From the NCBI GenBank assembly GCA_048128005.1, contig JBEUKZ010000103.1, forward strand, positions 124,001 through 163,080: a stretch of DNA of 39,080 nucleotides. The letters run 5' to 3'. The position numbers and the translations under genes were made by a program. Shown here in pieces: positions 24,740 to 34,697 of the stretch (position 1 is its first letter; each line of letters begins with the position of its first letter). A model generated the notes under the pieces. The model did no database searches. It worked only from the letters and a program-made list of their open reading frames with translations, and was not told the origin of the DNA. Source of the stretch: Veleropilina oligotropha. Lineage: Eukaryota.

Positions 24740-25615
24740 TCAGGGAGTTGAACCATATTGGCAGATAGCGAGCACAAGAAACGATACTGAATTGTCAAAC
24801 GAGCCTGGAGAAGTTTGGACTAAAGATGAACTTGACGAAGACGTTAGCGTGGATTGGAAAGATGCTTAATGTCCTGTTTATTTACAACCATCGGGTTCAA
24901 TTAGGACGTCCATATTATCGCGGGAGGAAAGCCCGGGTGCTCGAGGAAATGCGCCCTCCGATCAGTCAACGACAACTGATTCATAACTGCATGAGAAAAT
25001 CATGCTCATGTCCCAAATGGGATTCGAACCCAATCAAGCCAGTGATTTCATCTGAAACCACACGACTGTCGGAGCGGCCCACGTTAGTGTGGAGTAGAAC
25101 AGAGAACATTCATCAGAGAGGGTGAAATGAGTGAAAAGTAGTTGGATCGAGTCAATCATATGTGAAAGAAGGGGATGCGCGAAGGATGTTCAAGAGATAA
25201 TTAACGCAAGTTGAATTAATTGGAGAAACGTGTGATGTGTTGACTGCATGATCTGTGGACGCCGATGAAGTTTAATTCAAAGATTATAAGACAGTGGTGA
25301 GGCTAGTTATCATGTATAAGGCTGAGTGCTGAACACCGAAAAGAAGACTAGGCAGACAGCAATTAAGCAACTGTTACAAGAAATGATGCTGAGTTGGAAG
25401 TCTAATCTGGAGAGATGTGGACTAAAGATGAACTCGAAGAAGATGCATGGGGCCGTTATTGTGTAGTTGGGCATGCACGCAGAGAGGGCAGTCATCAGAG
25501 ATGAAGAAGAAGGCGAAGAGTAGAAAAGAGGGGTGTGCGAGAAGAATGTTCAGAAAAGAATCAACGCAAGTTGGATGAAGTGGAGAGACATGAGTGCAGT
25601 GCTCATTAACAGTCA
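24740..25615 (+). mobile_element. Two degenerate RTE-group LINE RT fragments in tandem, the first interrupted by a SINE
   Basis: Remnant peptides LEKFGLKMNLTKT / LERCGLKMNSKK and VQKRINASWMKWRDMSAVL, each echoed twice at DNA level (24805 vs 25407; 25177 vs 25535). Confidence 0.45.
24860..25080 (-). mobile_element. Diverged SINE of the same V-domain-like family
   Basis: Shares GATGCTTAATGTCC, TTATCGCGGGAGGAAA, GACAACTG..TTCATAACT and a B-box with 19814-20073. Confidence 0.65.
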
Positions 25616-25974
25616 GTAGTGAAGTTGAAACTTCGCAGGACACAACCGCAGAGTAGGCGTAGACGACCCTTTGACGTCGCCTGAAGTGGTGAATCAGTTC
25701 GTCATGAACATCGAAGTTCTTTCAATTCCACAAGAAGATAGAGAAAACAACGTTTGTATATATAAAAGGAAACAATATCACGACCACCTATAACGAATCT
25801 GCTGATAAATTTATAGGCTATAGAAACAAGGAATGTTTAACATCTGGCACATGGAAGAAGTGACTCTGTATATATGCAGATATCCTGAAATTTGATATCA
25901 ACAGCAGATATATTCTCCTTGTAAGAATCACCGTATATAATGGACGGGATTCTAATGGAACTTGTTTTCCGATC

Positions 25975-26680
25975 TCTAGGACGTCGACTTCGCTGGTGAC
26001 CTTGCCATTAGTTCACCCAACAACTGGACAATTGCAACAGTTGAACTATGCCAAGCAGACCGGCCTCGTTGTTATTACCACGACAGATGGGCACAGCAGA
26101 AGTTAAGTTGGATATTATTGTAAAGTTGGGCTGCAACAATATCATATGTACCGTACATAACTTCATATATATATCTGGGCAACATTATTAGCACATATAA
26201 TGGTGCGATGAAAGATATCGATGCAAGGTTGACCAAAGCTACATATTTGGAAGTCAAGTCAGATAAACCGGAAGATAAAGATTTTGACTATACAACAGCA
26301 TTGTAAGATATGGCCTTCTGTATGGTTCAGAATGTTGGCGAATCATCAAGACGAACACGAAACGAGTGGCGTCCTCTTACAATGAAACCCCTACAATGAA
26401 TGAGTGCAAGATCTGCCGCATCTATATTGGCCGAACAAAGTATGCAACATTGAACTGTACAAGATGACCGGCTGCCAGAGAGTTTGCCTCGAGATCAACA
26501 GAAGACGTTTACGATAGTTGGGTCACCAACTGAGAATGCCACATGATCATGAATTCTCCGCTGGACTCCAATTAACATGCAGGCGCAAACCAGTCAGACC
26601 AAAGACTACCTGGCGTAGGACAGTAATAGCCGAATTGCAAGAGTGGGATAGACGTGGAGTGAGGCGCGAAATATTCCCCA
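25975..26680 (+). mobile_element. Degenerate RTE-type LINE (RT C-terminal half)
   Basis: Remnant motifs in order: DVDFAGDLA (FADD-like), YLGNIIS, DIDARLTKA, LYGSECW, GHQLRM, RPKTTWRRTV; multiple frameshifts. Confidence 0.7.
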
Positions 26681-27933
26681 TGATATGCGCATGTCAAGAG
26701 AGGTTGTTACACGTGTTGCGCATCTGTTCCAACAGCTTGCGCAAAGTTGAAATGTAAAGAAAATAGACAGCAGCAGAGCTAACGGAAACCCCAGCCTTAT
26801 ATAGCAATATCGGAGTGCCATATAAAATCTGTGATCTTGACTTTGACAGCTAGTAACAGTGGCTAAATACTGTACTGGCTGTTCATCATGTAAAAATTTA
26901 GATGAAAAAATAATTAACAATTCCGAAATAAAAAATTATCTAAATGTGGAAATTTTTGTCAAAATCAAAGGACGTACACGGATAATTGTGTCGCAGCGCG
27001 CTAGGGTAGCTCAAGGAGGGTTAAAATATTAAATTTCAATAAAGTGGCATGTATATTAGCCAAGATATTGTCCGGACAAAACTTGCATCTTGGATTTCGT
27101 GTCAAAGGTCACAATGTAAAATTATATCGCCACGCGCTAGGGTAAATCATGGCAAGTTAGCATACCATGCCAATTTTCGTCAAACTGACATACATACAAG
27201 CCGATATATGATCAGGACAAAAGCTTTATTCTATAATTGGGTAAGGTCACAAGAGCAAGATCAAAGGTCGCTCACGGAAATTGTCTCCAGGCGCAAAGGT
27301 GGGTCATATTAAGTTAATATACAAAAGTAAATCAAGGTGGCATATATAGTAGCCGAGATATTGTCTGGACAAAACTTGCATCCTGTATTTTGTGTCAAAG
27401 GTAACAACGGCAAGGTCAAATTTAAGGTCACACGGAAAATTATATCGCCATGCTTGCACTTGGGTACGCCAAGGTAAGTTAGCATACAGTTTCATGAAGC
27501 TGACACACACCCAAGCCGAGATATGATCTTCATATGTTTTGGTAGAGGTGCGCGGTTTTACCGGTATACCGCGATTCTCAATGCAAGTCGGTACGTACCG
27601 TGGTACGGCTGTCAGTACAGGTACTAAACCGGTATTTTAGAAGACTAAAGCATGTTAAGGTTGAGTAGCTATAAACATGTATAATACTATATCGTTGGCA
27701 GCTCATGGACCCAGAAGTCAACGGCTGTGCATTTTAGAAACTTTCAGAAAAGCAATAATTGTTCAAGAAAAGTTTTCATCATGCCTATGAAAAGGTCGGG
27801 CGTTATGAGAAAACATTACAATAAGATAACTATTCCTCAAACGTACCAAAAGCTACCAAATCATATTGCACGTTTTCTTTAATATGTCACATTGTAAATT
27901 CAATATGCACATCGTGTTCCAGCTTCGTGTATA

Positions 27934-29800
27934 TGCTCCAGTAAATGTCTAAAATCAGTAAATCTGTAGATTTCCTGAAAATTTCAGTAAATCTGTACAT
28001 TTACTGATTCACTCACTGATTTCTCGACACATTTACTGAAATTAATTAAACAATTATTTCCAACAATGAATTCAACAATCCCTCAAAAAGAAACATGAAC
28101 AAATACTGTATTCCGTAAGATTATCTTTATTTAGAAACTGCACACCATTGGTAAGGTGGCGTAGTGATTTCACTTGACTGGTTTGGAGAGTATGCTGCAA
28201 TTAGATCGTCTTTAGACACCATTCTCTCAAGAACTTCTGTTGGGAGGGAATTTGAGCGCAGTTCAACTTTGGCCTCAGCACCAAACAAAGCCTTACAAGG
28301 TGATTGTTTAATGCCCGAATGATAACTAGAGTTTTTTTGGAATTGCACAAAGCGAAGACCCATAGGCCAATCTGTAGAATCATTGTCACCTAGCCAAGCG
28401 GTGAGCATGTCTTTAATATCGCAATTTAGCCTTTCCACCGAGCCTTGACTTTGAGGGTGTCTGGGTTTGCCATGCACCAACAGAAGGTCAGGCCATAGTA
28501 GCTCGAGCTCTGTGATGACGGATGCTGTGAATTCGCTTCCGTTGTCGCTCTGTAAGATCTGAGGAGCGCCTAGGAGCAAGAATATGTCCATCAGTTGATA
28601 ACCAACTTCGGCAGCACGTTTAGATGTCAGTGGTCGCAATACACAAAACTTAGTTAGATGGTCCTGATACACCATTATCCACTTATACTGTCCCTTTGCC
28701 ATTGACTGCATGTCTACCAAGTCAACCTGCCCCCTAGATCCAAAGTCCTTGGTTAGAATGGGTTTCACAACTACGCCTTTGGTGGTGATGCGCTTACGCT
28801 TTTTTTGGCATTCGATGCAGAGTGATTTGTACAGTATGACTACCTCGCAAGTGATATTTGCATATTTTGTCATTGCTTTCATCATTTTATCCCGACCACC
28901 ATGTCCAGTTGAAACATGCGCTCTCCTAAGAATGTCAAACATGTCATCGATATGCGTAAAGTATATGGGTTCCTGAGCAATGTCAACGTCACTGCGTTTT
29001 CGAATTAGTTTTTCTACATCACCACACTGAAGAATTTCAAAACGCCCAAGGATGTAATACTGACGGCCTGATTTCGTCTTAGCTGAACACGTTTCTTTGA
29101 GTTCTTCCAGTAGAGAGAAGTATTCTTCTTTAGTCAACAGTACAGACTTGTTATCAGACTCTCTCTTCTTCAGCAACTGCTCGCGAAAGGAAGCTTCCAT
29201 GGAACTAGCCATTGCCAGAGCAATGTCATAATATTAATATTATCGAGTTCCTTTTATAGGTTACCAACTATTGTAAACAATTAGCTTCTAATCAGTTTGT
29301 TGTTTTGTTGAAATGTTCAAATTTGTCAGCTTACTTCGGTGTATTGTTTGATTAATTAGCTATTTTATGTACATTGTTGTTTAATATATGACATCTGACA
29401 TATTCAAAAAGCAAAGCTAATTGATGAGGATGTAAGCTTTGTTAACCTGTTGTTGGTGTGCAGTGACTAATTAAATCGGTCAATTGACTAACAGTAACCG
29501 AGGCTTCTAATCAGTTTGATGTGGAAAAAAAACTAATTGATCAAAAGTCAATCTGTTGTTAGTGTACAGTGACTAATAAAAGCTGCCAATTGACTGATAG
29601 ATGATTCATTATTTCAAATAATTGCTTATTTAATTTCAGTAAATGTGTCGAGAAATCAGCATTACTTTTCAGTAAATGTGTAGATTTCCTGGAAATTTCA
29701 GTAAATCTGTACATTTACTGAGTGAATCAGTAAATGTACAGATTTACTGAAATTTTCAGGAAATCTACAGATTTACTGATTTTAGACATTTACTGTAACA
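27934..29800 (-). mobile_element. Ginger2/TDD-type DNA transposon with long TIRs and 4-bp TSD
   Basis: TIRs longer than 80 bp, TG(C/T)T(C/A)CAGTAAATGTCTAAAATCAG... / ...CATTTACTGTAACA; TATA on both flanks; single integrase ORF. Confidence 0.88.
28127..29212 (-). CDS. Retroviral-type (rve) DDE integrase/transposase, KRBA2/SCAND3-like Ginger2 family
   Basis: 361-aa ORF with HHCC zinc motif (HVSTGHGG...CIEC) and D,D,E residues in QVDLVDM, LQSDNGSEF and GSVERLN; the C-terminus looks short. Confidence 0.9.
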   Translation of the reverse strand: MASSMEASFREQLLKKRESDNKSVLLTKEEYFSLLEELKETCSAKTKSGRQYYILGRFEILQCGDVEKLIRKRSDVDIAQEPIYFTHIDDMFDILRRAHVSTGHGGRDKMMKAMTKYANITCEVVILYKSLCIECQKKRKRITTKGVVVKPILTKDFGSRGQVDLVDMQSMAKGQYKWIMVYQDHLTKFCVLRPLTSKRAAEVGYQLMDIFLLLGAPQILQSDNGSEFTASVITELELLWPDLLLVHGKPRHPQSQGSVERLNCDIKDMLTAWLGDNDSTDWPMGLRFVQFQKNSSYHSGIKQSPCKALFGAEAKVELRSNSLPTEVLERMVSKDDLIAAYSPNQSSEITTPPYQWCAVSK

Positions 29801-30074
29801 TATAGATACATGACATTGTATTACAGCCACAAGCCTCGTTTTCAGCATATATTATATATTTATAGGCCCAACCATTATGTTTGTTTGTAACTAAATAAAC
29901 AATTACTTTAAATGCCTCATAATGTTCAACCAGTTATCAATCAATGACACTATTTAGTATTTAATAATTGAAACTATTTATTTTGATATTTGGAGAATTA
30001 ATCGTAATTCAGATACTACTATAGTACGTAGGCCTACATTAGTATAGGCCTACATGGAAATCTCTAATTTCACG

Positions 30075-30260
30075 AGACCGCTCTGACAGTCGCGTGGTTT
30101 CGGTTGCAGACTCCGAAAATCTTTGGCTTAATTGATTCCGCTGGGATATGACATTATTTGTTCAAGTTATGAATCACAGTTGTCCGCCGTAACTGGTCGG
30201 ATTTACCCGTGTTTTCCTCCAGCGGTAATATGGACATGTTCTGTTTTGAACCCAATACAT
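30075..30260 (+). mobile_element. Diverged SINE copy
   Basis: TTGTTCAAGTTATGAATCACAGTTGTCCGC and GTTTTCCTCC match the SINE at 19814-20073. Confidence 0.6.
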
Positions 30261-31410
30261 GAAAACAAGCATCGATCATTTCCCTTTCTTGTCTTACGGC
30301 CGATTTGAGTGAAATAGTTTTGGTCGATTTGATTTATACGGCGGCAGTGGGTCATTTCACAACTCACCACGCCCATCAAGTGTCATATTATAATATTTCT
30401 AAACATCTATGAGCTACTGATATGCCAAGTTTGGTTTACATACCTACAATGGTGCCACGCATGTGACACACTGTGTATGACAATGTCAAATGTTTTACTA
30501 ACAAAATGATTTTATGTGCGGTATACCGTGGTACAAACCGCGGTTTAGAGTTAAAAACCACGGTATACCGCGGTACTCGATTTCCCGCGGTACCCAACTC
30601 TATATTTTGGGTAAGGTCACAACGACAAGGTCAAATGTCGCACACGGAAAATTATATCGCAATGCGCTAGGGTGGGTCATAGTAAGTTAATATACCCAGT
30701 TTCATCAAGCTGACATATATTATACAGGCCGATATATGATCCGGACAAAAGCTTCATTATATATTTTGGGTAAGGTCACAACGACAGGGTCAAAGGTTGC
30801 ACGCGGAAAATTATATCGCCATGCGCTAGGGTAGGTTATGGTAAGTTAGCATACCAAGTTTCATCAAGCTGACATACGTAGGCTACAAGCCGAGATATCA
30901 TTTGATCCGGACAAATCCTCCGCTCGCCCGCCTCGGGTGATGACAATTTAATAAATGAATTGTTTTTAACAGCCATTTATCGTGCGCTGATTCTATCACA
31001 ATTCTTCTATCATGTGTTTGTCCTCATCATCAACGAATAAATAGCCGCTTGTTTAATAGTTACTTATTGTGTCTGTTCATGAAATGACATTTTAAAATTA
31101 CATGTTATATCTATGTTGTGTACATTTTTTAAATGTTTTTTGTTGTATTCACGATATCTTAGCAAATGATCCCTTGAAAAGGCAGATGAAACACGGAATT
31201 TTAACGGCGGATAAAGCATCATGTCATGCAGTGTGGGTAACTACTGGAGAAACTTCGCAACTCGTGACCCACCTGTTAAAAACAATTCATTTATTTATTT
31301 TTCAGGGCTTTATCTCATTCAAAGTGATACTGACATATTATGTAAGACGAATTGCACATGACGATGTACGATGATGTGGCCATGTATAGAAGTTTCCTCT
31401 CATAACTCCA

Positions 31411-31853
31411 ATGCTGCCAACTTTTCCTTTCAATGTGAACATGAATGAAGAAGCAGAAATTCCTTCAGTGAGTGTAGTACCAGATGAATCTAACATGTGC
31501 AGTGGGGTCGAAACTGGCAAGAGTATTGATGACTCGAACCAATGTTCGTCAACTTCTCAATTAAAATCAGTTGGCACCGAGAACACGTACTACAATACTT
31601 TTGAATTAAACAGTCCAGCATCGATTTAAGCGGAAATGTAAAAACAACAAAAGACGTTTTGTCAGAAAAGGATAAAATTAAAAATGTAATGCTTGACAGA
31701 GTTGCTGCCTCTGATGCCCACTTTAAAAGTCAACAAAGAAACGATCCTGACATAACGCTAACTGGAAAAAGAGACATCGCTTCTGATGTATTGGATAAGA
31801 GTTGTGTCACTTTCATGCACATGTTTGGACAATGTCTTAAGGTAGAAGTGTGA
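31411..31853 (+). pseudogene. CCDC97: CCDC97-like N-terminal coding fragment, frameshifted and truncated
   Basis: MLDRVAASDAHFKSQQRNDPDITLTGKRDIASDVLDKSCVTFMHMFG matches the CCDC97 N-terminal pattern (ML..VA.S....SQQ..EPDLT..EK..I...L....P..FL.RF). The upstream acidic ORF (31411-31629) is in another frame, and similarity ends at ~31850. Confidence 0.65.
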
Positions 31854-32198
31854 CCTTCGTAAATATAACGTTATCTCATGGTAAATTTCCGATCACCGAA
31901 CAATCGTTTATAAGTTGGTGCCGAACTGGTTTCGAACGAAATGTTCTAGTTTTTGGTTGTCTCATTCTGAATACATGCGAGAGCAACGTTAATCTCGTGC
32001 AGATTCACCACGCTTGCAATGTGGACGGTTGAGTGATGTTGGAAGTGACATTCGTGTCTGGTTCCATGTTGAGAGTGTCACATAGACCGGTGTCTGTCGG
32101 TATAGATTGTCACGGCTATCACAAGGGGTGTTTCGTCATAATAAACCATCATTCGAACTGACCCGTCGGTTTATATTTGGCGCTGCGAGTACTACATG

Positions 32199-32500
32199 GA
32201 GCAGCAGGGGGGGTGACCATACCTTTTATCTGGGGGTGCGGCGAGGGAAATTAAGGCTCCCAGCACTTTTCAGAATTAATATGGATCTCAACTCAGCAGC
32301 AGGGGGTGATCATACCTTTTATAATGGGAAAATAAGGCTCCCAGCACCTGTTCCGAGGGGGGGTGACCATACCTTTTATCTGGGGGCGCGGCGAGGGAAA
32401 TTAAGGCTCCCAGCACTTTTCAGAATTAATATGGATCTCAACTCAGCAGCAGGGAGGGTGATTGGACTTTTTAGAATGGGAAAATACAGCGCCCAGCCCT
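32199..32500. repeat. Subterminal direct repeats of the viral element
   Basis: A ~100-bp block at 32207-32303 recurs at 32357-32453; core GGGGGTGA(C/T)CATACCTTTTAT occurs 3 times and AAGGCTCCCAGCAC 3 times. Confidence 0.85.
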
Positions 32501-33063
32501 ATTTCAGAACCGAGCTGGTATTACTGTGGGGAACTAGGGATGTTCCCGGGGGTTAAATTATAACACTTACCTATGCTAGCCTGGCTCCTGTATGTTAATA
32601 GCTGTAACGTTATACCAGGAAGTATTGTTTCGCTATCAGAGTAATAATCGTAGCATGACCACAGGAAAATCTAGGACGACTTATGCGGTTGAATGGACGG
32701 CTATAGCTCATCGAGTCAATGAATAGCAATAACTCCATGAATACAAAAGCGAGCAGGCTCGCACAATAGCGTGCACTAGAGTAGCGGCAGGTTTAAATTA
32801 AAACGCTTACCTGTGGATAGTTCGGATTCCTCTTTAGTTTTTATCATGTTTTGGTACTTAGTGTCCCTGCGGTTTTTGGCTATAGCCAGTTCAAGTCTCT
32901 GCACTGCAGCCAAGTCGTCAAAACAGATTTTTTCAAGCCAATACCTTGGTCATCAGCCATTTCGGCCTGTGAGGCCTCGTCAGAGTATCTACCAGATACT
33001 GATGGCCCCGACTGACCAAGTTATGGTGGTGTGTCGGGTGCCTAGTTCTGTTGTTACGGTTGC

Positions 33064-33351
33064 CTATTCGTCGTCCTTCAGTAGGTTTTGCAGCCTGCGT
33101 ACATCTGCGGCTGCTGCATCATGGGCAATTTCAAGCTCACGGAGTTTTTCGAGCATTTTTTTCATCCTCCACTTGGTTTTTTTCATGTTTTGGTATATGT
33201 TGTCCTTTCGATTTTTGGTTCGGGCCAGTTCCAGTCTTGTCGTATTTTTCGATACCTGATTATCGGCGGCTTCTTCATGCAGAAAGTTCTCGACAAAACC
33301 ACGTTGTTGGTCCATTGTCAAATTAGGTAGTTTTCTTGTAATGCTATCCAT
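33064..33351 (-). CDS. Small basic/coiled-coil protein, bZIP-like (95 aa)
   Basis: ATG about 30 nt below a TATATAA box; basic stretch RTKNRK..MKKTKWRMKK followed by heptads M/L..L..V/L. Confidence 0.55.
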   Translation of the reverse strand: MDSITRKLPNLTMDQQRGFVENFLHEEAADNQVSKNTTRLELARTKNRKDNIYQNMKKTKWRMKKMLEKLRELEIAHDAAAADVRRLQNLLKDDE

Positions 33352-33381
33352 TTGTATGTGACTCGATACGTTATGGGGAGC

Positions 33382-33600
33382 TTATATAGTTTCTCTGTGC
33401 GTTCTACGGCCTTCTAGATCAGTTTATTGCCACATTCCCAAATATAACTTCTGACGATATCTGTACTTTCTAGAAGCTTTCCACGTACACATTTCCATAT
33501 ATAACTTGTTGACGAGCTCTGTTCGTTCTAGAGCTTTCCACGTACACATACTTGTTGACGATCTGTGATCATTCTAGAAGGCTGTATTGCCACGTGACCA
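33382..33600 (-). promoter_or_regulatory. TATA box plus repeated modules of heat-shock-like element, CCACGT and TGACG
   Basis: TATATAA on the minus strand at 33382-33388; TTCtaGAAgcTTt (33468-33480), TTCtaGAgctTTC (33526-33538) and GAtcaTTCtaGAA (33567-33579) are each one mismatch from a three-unit HSE. Confidence 0.5.
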
Positions 33601-34183
33601 TGACTCCACTAGATTACGGTCTACCATGTAAACATGGGGACTGATATATTCTTTCTGTGCTAAACGGAATGTTGGGGACCAGAAAAAGAAATCTGGGCCA
33701 ATCTTTCTTGACTTGATCCAGTAACTTTGTATATCTGGGTCGACTCGGGACAGCGAGGTATTTCATTCATACGCGCAGAAGCGGCCAGACAGCATTTCTA
33801 TAGTACTATAGAAATGGCGTGTCATGCTTTTAACGACTGTTGCCATTGATAAATCGGGCAAGAATGGCTGCCTGGGATATTAATATTATTATTTAATACG
33901 TTGATGTCTCTCCTAGTGTAGCTCTAAGCGCAGTACAAACTATAACTAATATTACAGTACAATGTACACAAGAATATACAGGAGAGACATCAATGATACA
34001 TACTTAAGCAATAATAATAATAAACAGAATATTTTTTCGAGTTTTTCAATTTTATCTTTTTTTTACAAGCGCAATCAGACAAAGAGGTGAAGCAGCCCCT
34101 GCGTGAACTTCAACCAACTTTGAATGGTACAATATACGCAGGGGAAAGCCGGAAAAATATGTTTTAATGCAGGAGCAGCTGGT

Positions 34184-34615
34184 TTATATGAATATATAGT
34201 TACCCGATATTAAAGTACAATTACAGGGTGAGATTTGTCCGACTTTTCTCCACACACCGAAGCAGCCAGACAGCATGGTATAATACTCCCCATTTTTTCC
34301 AGGACATAACGAGGGGGTCGAACACTGGACACATGTGACAGTATCTCTTGGTGTGGCAGGGCTACAGTCATTATCTCCGATAATAAAATAGTGGCATGAC
34401 GGTGGAGAGACATCAGGGGTGGGGTCTCTACCCGGGCGAAGAAGCAAGTTTCTACGTAAGTGATCGAATCGGGGGTTATACCTGGGATGATTTCGGTACC
34501 TAGTCCACGTATGTTCCAGAATTAATGCAGTGTTGTGTGTCGACGCCTGGGTAGACACACCCCCTAGCCAGCACACCGCGGCAATACACAGTAGCATAGA
34601 TTTCATGGATTTCAT
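34184..34615 (-). CDS. Secreted cysteine-rich protein, possible IL-17/cystine-knot-like (143 aa)
   Basis: Signal-peptide-like N-terminus (MLLCIAAVCWLGGVSTQA), basic pro-like region, eight C-terminal cysteines ending in CxC; TATTAAA about 32 nt upstream. Confidence 0.65.
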   Translation of the reverse strand: MKSMKSMLLCIAAVCWLGGVSTQASTHNTALILEHTWTRYRNHPRYNPRFDHLRRNLLLRPGRDPTPDVSPPSCHYFIIGDNDCSPATPRDTVTCVQCSTPSLCPGKNGEYYTMLSGCFGVWRKVGQISPCNCTLISGNYIFI

Positions 34616-34697
34616 GGTTGTCCAGATATCACTGTCGATTTCTAGCTTTAATACGGGGGAGGAGCGGGGTAGTCGTGGCTACGCTCAACCTGGATAG

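Larger units (their letters stand above)
27543..30602. mobile_element. Non-autonomous hAT-like element hosting the Ginger element and a SINE
   Basis: Termini TAGAGGTGCG / CCCAACTCTA, subterminal CGGTATACCG repeats at both ends, 8-bp flanks TGTTTTGG / TATTTTGG (7 of 8 identical). Confidence 0.65.
26930..30950 (-). mobile_element. HINE-like ~160-bp tandem array split by nested insertions (arms ~26930-27542 and 30603-30950)
   Basis: The same units (GGGTAAGGTCACAA, GGAAAATTATATCGCCATGCGCTAGGG, ATGATCCGGACAAAA) occur on both sides of the 27543-30602 insertion. Confidence 0.55.

Noticed and set aside
28127..29212. Integrase as the Polinton integrase or part of an LTR retrotransposon
   Set aside because: It has its own TIRs and 4-bp TSD, lacks RT, gag and LTRs, and lies outside the viral segment.
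32107..32556. 149-aa ORF
   Set aside because: Non-ATG start, and it merely translates the subterminal direct repeats.
34050..34183. Extra Cys motifs (TSCSC, CVYC, GCFTSLSDCAC) just downstream of the secreted gene as a further paralogue
   Set aside because: They are spread over three frames and too short to support without alignment.
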